The notes under the pieces: generated by a model
Databases searched by the model: none
Told to the model about the DNA's origin: nothing
What the model saw: only the letters and a program-made list of their open reading frames with translations
Translations under genes and position numbers: made by a program
Source of the DNA: Cyanobacteria bacterium auto_48_18
GTDB taxonomy: Bacteria > Cyanobacteriota > Vampirovibrionia > Obscuribacterales > Obscuribacteraceae
DNA length: 64,000 bases
Direction of reading: 5' to 3'
Assembly: GCA_036170915.1 (NCBI GenBank)
Contig: JAVHQC010000026.1
Coordinates: 64,001-128,000 of the forward strand
Shown here: positions 58,021 to 64,000 of the stretch, piece after piece
Layout of the letters: every line of letters begins with the position of its first letter
Numbering within the stretch: the first letter of the stretch is position 1

Positions 58021-60432
58021 CTATTTGTCCTTCTTCTTTTTATTGGCACTAGCGCTCGCTTTAGGCCTGGCTGCGGCAGCTTTTTTAGTACCATTGCTGC
58101 TGCTTGAATTACCGTTGCCATTGCTACTGCCAGAGCCGTTGCTATTTTTGTTCGCTGCTTTCAGGCTGTCTTTAGGATTAGCATTGGCTTTGATGCTTTT
58201 GATGCCGTTCACTCGTGGAAGCGGAGTGGCGCCAGGAACGCGTTTGCGGTGGTCTTTGCGGTGCACGCGAATGACGTCTGAAATTTGTGAAATGGCTTGT
58301 GATACTCGGGCCAGTTGCTCGATGTCTAACACGTCGAGAATCAAGAAGATGGTGGCAGTTTTCTTGTCGCGGTGAGTATCAACGCGCAGGTCGCGTAGAT
58401 TGACTTTGTGATCAGAAACTTTTTTCAAGATATCGCCGGCGATACCAACTCTGTCGAGGCACTCAACTTGCAAACCTGCCGGATACTGAGTGTTGCGCTC
58501 CATCGACCAGTCAACAGCCATACGCCTGCCTTCTTCGATTTTAGCAAGCATATTGCAGTCGGCTCTGTGCACAGCAATGCCGCTGCCACGAGAAACTACC
58601 CCGGCAATTTCTTCGCCAGGTACTGGTTGGCAGCATTTAGCCAGGTGGTGCAGAAGACCTCCGAGACTAGAGATGTTGCTTGGTTTATCAGGCACCATTT
58701 GTGGAATGGTGTAGCCTTTAAGAGCAAGTTTTTCAGCATTGTCGACTTCGCGAATGCGATTGACTACCTGTGCCACCGAGAGGTCGCCGTAACCAACTGC
58801 TGCAAGAATATCTTGGGGATCAGAAATGTTGAGCCGCCTGCCGGCCTCTTTTAGCTTATCTGATTTGAGAAACTCATCTAGATTGCCTTTACCCAATTCA
58901 GCTTCAAGCATCTGCCGGCCTTGCTGAATGTGTTCTTCTCTGTGGTGCTTCTTAAACCACTGACGAATGCGGTTTTTGGCACCATGAGTTTTAGCAAAAT
59001 TGAGCCAGTCCATTTTGGGCTGACCGTTTTTGCTGGTGAGAATTTCGACGATGTCGCCGTTTTTCATAATAGTGTTCAGTGGCACAATGCGTTCGTTGAT
59101 GCGGGCTCCCACACAGCGGTGGCCAACATCGGTGTGCACACGATAAGCGAAATCGATAGGGCACGAGCCGTTAGGAAGATCGAGCACGTCACCGCGCGGA
59201 CTGAAAACAAATACTTCGTCGGCGAAGAGATCCATCTTCACTTCTTCGATGTATTCACCTGAGTCTTTAAGATCTTGCTGCCAATCAACCAGCTGTCTCA
59301 ACCAGGCTAATTTTTTATCGGTGGAGCCGTCAGCTTTGACTGCTTCACCAGCTTCTTTGTAGGCCCAGTGAGCGGCGATACCATATTCGGCAATATGGTG
59401 CATACGCTTAGTGCGTATTTGAATTTCTACAGGTTTGCCTTTAGGGCCAATCACAGCTGTGTGCAAAGACTGGTAGCTGTTGAATTTAGGCATGGCAATA
59501 TAATCTTTAAAGCGGCCTGGAATCGGCTTAAAGATTGAATGCACCGTACCCATTACTTCGTAACACTTTTGCGTATCAGGATCAGATTCTAATTCGCAGA
59601 AATTTTTATCAGGATTGCTGTCGATGATAACCCGCACTGCCAGTACATCGTAGAGTTCTTGAAAGGCCTTTTGCTGACTTTTCATTTTGCGCCAGATACC
59701 AAAAAAGTGTTTTGGTCTGCCGATGATGTCTGCCTGAATACCGCGACTTTCGAGGTCAGCGCGCAGCTTGTCGACTACCTGCGCTAAATGCTCAGCGCGA
59801 TCTTCACGACTGTCTTCTACCAGACGTTCTATTTCTAAATATTCGTCCTGGTGTAAATAGCGCAGCCCGAGGTCTTCTAGCTCCCATTTCATCTTACCTA
59901 AACCGAAACGGTTGGCTAGAGGAGCAAAAATTTCTAGAGTTTCTTTGGCTTTTTCCGCTTGTTTATGCGGTGCCATATGTTCCATGGTGCGCATGTTGTG
60001 CAGTCGGTCAGCCAGTTTTACCAGCACCACACGTACATCTTCGGCCATTGCCACGAGTAACTTGCGGAAATTTTCGGCTTGCCGCTCTTCTTTAGAGCTG
60101 AAGCTGAATTTTCCCAGTTTGGTGACACCTTCGACAATTCTTCTGGTGTCGACGCCGAATCGATCTTCTATTTCTTTTGGCTTTACATCACAGTCTTCGA
60201 GCACGTCGTGCAGCAAGCAAGAAGAAACAGTGTCAATGTCGGCATTAATGTCAGCCAGTATGCAGGCCACTTCTACCGGGTGAATGATATAAGGGTCGTC
60301 AGATTTGCGCATTTGCCCGTCGTGGGCAGCATAGGCAAAGTCGTAAGCTTTATGAGCAATCGCGATCTCTTCTGCCGGACGACCCTGTCTTTCTAAAATG
60401 TCAAATAAGGGCTGACCGATCTGATCTTTCAT
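58021..60432 (-). CDS. relA: bifunctional (p)ppGpp synthetase/hydrolase (Rel)
   Basis: Intact HD motif LLHDVLED, KLADRLHNMRT, RFKDY, EIQIRT; TGS and ACT domains. Confidence 0.96.
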   Translation of the reverse strand: MKDQIGQPLFDILERQGRPAEEIAIAHKAYDFAYAAHDGQMRKSDDPYIIHPVEVACILADINADIDTVSSCLLHDVLEDCDVKPKEIEDRFGVDTRRIVEGVTKLGKFSFSSKEERQAENFRKLLVAMAEDVRVVLVKLADRLHNMRTMEHMAPHKQAEKAKETLEIFAPLANRFGLGKMKWELEDLGLRYLHQDEYLEIERLVEDSREDRAEHLAQVVDKLRADLESRGIQADIIGRPKHFFGIWRKMKSQQKAFQELYDVLAVRVIIDSNPDKNFCELESDPDTQKCYEVMGTVHSIFKPIPGRFKDYIAMPKFNSYQSLHTAVIGPKGKPVEIQIRTKRMHHIAEYGIAAHWAYKEAGEAVKADGSTDKKLAWLRQLVDWQQDLKDSGEYIEEVKMDLFADEVFVFSPRGDVLDLPNGSCPIDFAYRVHTDVGHRCVGARINERIVPLNTIMKNGDIVEILTSKNGQPKMDWLNFAKTHGAKNRIRQWFKKHHREEHIQQGRQMLEAELGKGNLDEFLKSDKLKEAGRRLNISDPQDILAAVGYGDLSVAQVVNRIREVDNAEKLALKGYTIPQMVPDKPSNISSLGGLLHHLAKCCQPVPGEEIAGVVSRGSGIAVHRADCNMLAKIEEGRRMAVDWSMERNTQYPAGLQVECLDRVGIAGDILKKVSDHKVNLRDLRVDTHRDKKTATIFLILDVLDIEQLARVSQAISQISDVIRVHRKDHRKRVPGATPLPRVNGIKSIKANANPKDSLKAANKNSNGSGSSNGNGNSSSSNGTKKAAAARPKASASANKKKKDK

Positions 60433-60590
60433 CGCTTCTGCTTATAGGGGTGAATATTAATTATACCCAGCGTGTCAAGCCCTAGCCGCCTGTGTGATGC
60501 TCCTGCGGCCACTTGTAACGGATCAAGAGATTAATGATCGGCTCAAACCACTCGGGCAGCCGTTTTGGCGGTTTTCAAGTTGCTTGAACC

Positions 60591-61442
60591 CTATTTGTTG
60601 GACCAGGGCGTGCTGTTAAGGTCTTTGGGATAAGGACTGGCGGAACCGCCCCAGTAGTTTTTCTGCGGTTTGGTGAAGTCATTGCCGCTGTTGAAGCTGT
60701 TTGGACGCTTGAAGTCGACATAGGCTTTCGGTGTGGCAGCGGGAGCCGGGCTGGTGCTGGTGTAATAATTGCCGGCTGCAGTGGGATCAGGGGTAGGGGC
60801 ATTGTAATAACTGCCGGCAGCTTTGCTGGGACCGGCTGGGATAAATGTATAGCCTGGGCTGGCGATGCGATTAATTGGAGAGGAGTATCCATATCCGAAG
60901 CCAGGGTTAAAGCTAGAACCGAAACTAGAACCAAGACCATAACCGGAGCCAAGGCCATAACCGGAACCAAGGCCATAACCGGAGCCGTAACCTGGCCAGT
61001 AGCTCGAACCAAAGGCGCCGTAACCTGATCCAGAGCCAAAGCCCGTGGTACCAATGTATGGAATACGAGGGCGCACCAGGCTGGATAAACTGCCCAAACC
61101 CGGCAGGCCTGGTATTCCAGGAATACCGACACCTGGAATGCCTATGCTAGGAATGCCTATACTAGGAATGCCTACGCGGGGAATAAATCCGCTGCCAGCT
61201 CCCATAAGTGAAGAGAAACTGGTATAGCCACGCCCGGGCTGGTAGGTGTTGAAAGGCGACTGTCCTTGAATAAGAACTTGGTCGCCAGATAGATTAACTC
61301 CGGGCGAAAGCGGTTCGGCTTGCCCCTGTGCATTTAACGGGTCATTAAAATAGCCTTGACCGTGGGCAGGAGCAATCATAAGAATTATTGCCGCAATGCT
61401 CAGTGAACCCGCGTATAGACCGCGCCATTGCCTTATATTCAA
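60591..61442 (-). CDS. exported G/P/Y/S-rich low-complexity protein
   Basis: Signal peptide ending AHG; GIPSI/GIPG and GSGYGL repeats; TTG start after GAGG. Confidence 0.7.
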   Translation of the reverse strand: MNIRQWRGLYAGSLSIAAIILMIAPAHGQGYFNDPLNAQGQAEPLSPGVNLSGDQVLIQGQSPFNTYQPGRGYTSFSSLMGAGSGFIPRVGIPSIGIPSIGIPGVGIPGIPGLPGLGSLSSLVRPRIPYIGTTGFGSGSGYGAFGSSYWPGYGSGYGLGSGYGLGSGYGLGSSFGSSFNPGFGYGYSSPINRIASPGYTFIPAGPSKAAGSYYNAPTPDPTAAGNYYTSTSPAPAATPKAYVDFKRPNSFNSGNDFTKPQKNYWGGSASPYPKDLNSTPWSNK

Positions 61443-61552
61443 GATCTACCTCATCAGTCGCTGCTTCTATTTTACTACTCTACAGTCAGGGCTTTTAGGG
61501 AACAGTGCGCCCTTGTCTGCGTCTCTAGATTTACGCAAGCAAGGGGTTCACA

Positions 61553-62173
61553 ATGAAAAGTCATCTATCTATATTAGCGCTGGCTCTCGTTGTAGCTTGC
61601 AATGGTTTCGGCGAAGCTCAAGCCAAATCGTCCAAGAGCACTGCACGCGGTATCACCTCCCAGTTGAAAGGTTCAGAGATGACTTCAGCCGAAGAAACAG
61701 TAGATGGTAAAACTTACCACATAGGAAAAATTATAGTTTCAGCTTCACCAGCTGATGTTTTCGCTGTGCTCAGCGATTATCCTAGTGCCACTAAGCTTTT
61801 TACCAATTTGAAAAAAAGCAAAGTTGTAGCGAGCAATGAAGCGAACCACACCCATGATGTAAGTTTCAGTCTTAAAGGAATGGGCGGTATGTGGAATTTT
61901 GACTACGTTTTGCGTATGAAAGAGACCGCTCCTTCATTGATCGAGTTTCATCGACTCAGTGGTGCGTTTAAAGCCAACGAGGGTTATTGGAAAATTGAGC
62001 CTCTAGATACTATAGGCAAAAAGACTCTCGTTACCTATGCAAAACACGTTGACGGTGGCATGCTGCCCCAAAGCATAGTCACTAAACAGGTCAAAGAAGC
62101 TATGCCCACCGTGATGGCCAATCTCAAAGCAGGCGCTGAATCTAGGGCCGTTCATGTTTCGCTGAAACAATAA
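61553..62173 (+). CDS. exported SRPBCC/polyketide-cyclase family protein
   Basis: VSASPADVFAVLSDY, GAFKANEGYWKIEP. Confidence 0.8.
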   Translation: MKSHLSILALALVVACNGFGEAQAKSSKSTARGITSQLKGSEMTSAEETVDGKTYHIGKIIVSASPADVFAVLSDYPSATKLFTNLKKSKVVASNEANHTHDVSFSLKGMGGMWNFDYVLRMKETAPSLIEFHRLSGAFKANEGYWKIEPLDTIGKKTLVTYAKHVDGGMLPQSIVTKQVKEAMPTVMANLKAGAESRAVHVSLKQ

Positions 62174-62196
62174 CTATAGTCGGCTCGACTGTTCTA

Positions 62197-62652
62197 CTAG
62201 AACGTTTTAGTTCTTGTAGTTACCGCGTTCCATGTATAGACCTGAATTTTCCAGACACCGTCTTCTTGGTACATCACCACATCAAGGGTGCATGGGACAT
62301 TTCTGCCAGTCATATCATCAGAGGCAATAGCGGAACCTTTCATTTTGCAGGTCTTGCCGTCCATTACTTCTACCAAGATTTTGGGCTGGTACACATAGCC
62401 ACGCTTCATCACTTTGAGTTCAGCAGCTGCTCTGGTGCCCGACATTTCATTCAAGGGAATACGCCTTTGCTTTACCCAGTAGTTAGCCACTGGAGTGAGT
62501 TTGGTAGCGTAATAGAGCGACCTCACATACTGATAAAAAACTCGAGTCGGTTCGGTATCGCAATAAGCCGGAGTGACAGTTGTTAGAAGCAGCAAAGTAA
62601 GCGAGCTAAGTACTAAAAGCAACCTTATCGCAATAGTTTTTGACTGATTCAT
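62197..62652 (-). CDS. hypothetical exported protein
   Basis: Signal peptide; ends with MYQEDGVWKI, an NTF2/DUF4878-like ending. Confidence 0.65.
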   Translation of the reverse strand: MNQSKTIAIRLLLVLSSLTLLLLTTVTPAYCDTEPTRVFYQYVRSLYYATKLTPVANYWVKQRRIPLNEMSGTRAAAELKVMKRGYVYQPKILVEVMDGKTCKMKGSAIASDDMTGRNVPCTLDVVMYQEDGVWKIQVYTWNAVTTRTKTF

Positions 62653-62670
62653 TGTCTGTCCCTTTTATTA

Positions 62671-63642
62671 TTATCTGCTTGAAGCGAGAGTATTGTTTTT
62701 GCGCGAGCTATCTTTTCGTGAGTACACTGGCGTTAACCAGTGGCGATATTGTTCAACCTCACCACGACATATTTTGATGTATCTGTCTTTGATGGTTGTT
62801 GTAATCGGCCCTGCAACTCCTGTTCCAACTGGCCTTCTGTCAATTTCTATAATTGGTGCAATTTGGGCACCGGTTCCGCAGAAGAATAATTCGTCGGCGA
62901 TATAAAGCTCGCTTCTATCAATCGCCCGTGATTCCGCCTTAAGTCCAAGTTCTTCTTGAGCCATTTCCATAATGGTGCGGCGAGTCACACCTTCTAAAAT
63001 ATTCTCGTATGAAGGGGTGGTGATTAATCTGCCGTTCTTAACCATGAATACATTCATAGCAGAACCTTCTGAGACGTGCCCACTTTCGGTCAAAACGATA
63101 CAGTCATCAAAGCCGGCCATGACTGCATCTGTTTTAGCAAGAGCGGTGTTTGCATATGCGCCAACAATTTTTGCTCTGGCTGGAATGGCGTTGTCTTCCA
63201 CCCTTCTCCAGCTTGAGACCTGCACTTTCAAGCCGCCTGCACCATGAAAATAGTCGCCGAAAGGAACGGTGAAAATACAAATATCTGATGGATTGTTGTC
63301 TAAACTCGGACCAACACGATGCACTGTTTTGTACGCTGTGGGCCTGATGTAGGTGTCGGTTCTGGGCGCATTTTTCTTAACCAGTTCAACTACGATCTTG
63401 CAAAGTTCGTCTACAGAATGCGGCACTTGCAGATACATGATCTTCATGCTGTCTACCATACGCTCAAAATGTTCTCTCAAGCGGAAGAGATACATTTCTT
63501 CTTCTTCTTCATTCCAATAGCCGCGAATGCCTTCAAAAACCGCCGTGCCATACATGAAAGAGTGGTTCATGATACTAATGTTGGCGTCTTCAATCGGCAC
63601 CATATTGCCTTGAAAGAATGCGTACGTCTTTGATTCAGTCAC
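62671..63642 (-). CDS. ilvE: branched-chain amino acid aminotransferase
   Basis: YGTAVFEGIRGY, YIRP, AKIVGAY, EGSAMN, ILEGVTR, ADELFFCGT; GTG start after AAGGAG. Confidence 0.96.
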   Translation of the reverse strand: MTESKTYAFFQGNMVPIEDANISIMNHSFMYGTAVFEGIRGYWNEEEEEMYLFRLREHFERMVDSMKIMYLQVPHSVDELCKIVVELVKKNAPRTDTYIRPTAYKTVHRVGPSLDNNPSDICIFTVPFGDYFHGAGGLKVQVSSWRRVEDNAIPARAKIVGAYANTALAKTDAVMAGFDDCIVLTESGHVSEGSAMNVFMVKNGRLITTPSYENILEGVTRRTIMEMAQEELGLKAESRAIDRSELYIADELFFCGTGAQIAPIIEIDRRPVGTGVAGPITTTIKDRYIKICRGEVEQYRHWLTPVYSRKDSSRKNNTLASSR

Positions 63643-63661
63643 CGCGGCTCCTTTAAATGGA

Positions 63662-64000
63662 TTATTGAGTTTGCCCTTTGCAATACAAAATTCGATCTTC
63701 AACAGTTTTTCGCTGGGCTGAGTCAGGTCTTAGCTCAACATAACGCGTAAATGAGTTCGCCGCTTCGTTCCACTCTTTGTCGCTTTCCTGCAAAACTCCC
63801 AGCTCATAAAAACCATCAGCGTAACCAGGCTCAACTTCTGTAGAGCGAAGAAATTCAGTTTTTGCCTGGTCTAATTTACCCAGGCGCTTAAAAGCACGTC
63901 CGAGGCCTGTATGACAGGCTCCGGAGTTCGGAAATTTTTTCATCTTACTGTCAAAAATTGCCGCTGCTTTTTCTGACTCACCAACGGCTAAAAGATGATT
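63662..64000 (-). CDS. TPR protein, 5' end outside the window
   Basis: CHTGLGRAF..G....A and GFYELGVL TPR motifs; frame stays open to the window edge. Confidence 0.75.
   Translation of the reverse strand, partial: NHLLAVGESEKAAAIFDSKMKKFPNSGACHTGLGRAFKRLGKLDQAKTEFLRSTEVEPGYADGFYELGVLQESDKEWNEAANSFTRYVELRPDSAQRKTVEDRILYCKGQTQ

Noticed and set aside
57890..59262. Several antisense ORFs over rel, and similar ones over ubiD, hflX and the low-complexity genes
   Set aside because: Shadow frames of well-supported genes

Overview
A gene-dense chromosomal window of about 55 CDS with no recognisable tRNA, rRNA, CRISPR array, transposase or phage genes. The mix of cyanobacteria-like housekeeping genes (long-form HflX, NurA, Rel, CtpA), expanded Ser/Thr kinases and many exported low-complexity orphans, with no photosynthesis genes, suggests a non-photosynthetic cyanobacterial relative (Vampirovibrionia/Melainabacteria, Obscuribacterales-like). 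That placement is inference only. Recognisable genes include an ABC/FtsX/AttH module, a corC-rsmA-ispE-nth operon, surE, an ATL protein, beta carbonic anhydrase, nurA, rimJ, mqnE, dprA, tatD, glcD, sulP, hflX, ctpA, a UbiD-family decarboxylase, rdgB, rel and ilvE. The best leads are: (1) an unannotated ~210-nt structured ncRNA candidate with its own promoter and a terminator (53397-53604); (2) a 42-codon uORF with an MgtL-like acidic/proline motif whose end overlaps the TTG start of a CorC/CNNM-family gene; (3) a 13.5-kb cluster of six Hanks kinases, including a duplicated pair of atypical membrane kinases and a kinase / giant disordered protein / kinase triad; (4) a CtpA protease encoded directly upstream of two exported prion-like proteins. 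All calls come from reading the sequence by eye; no searches were run.
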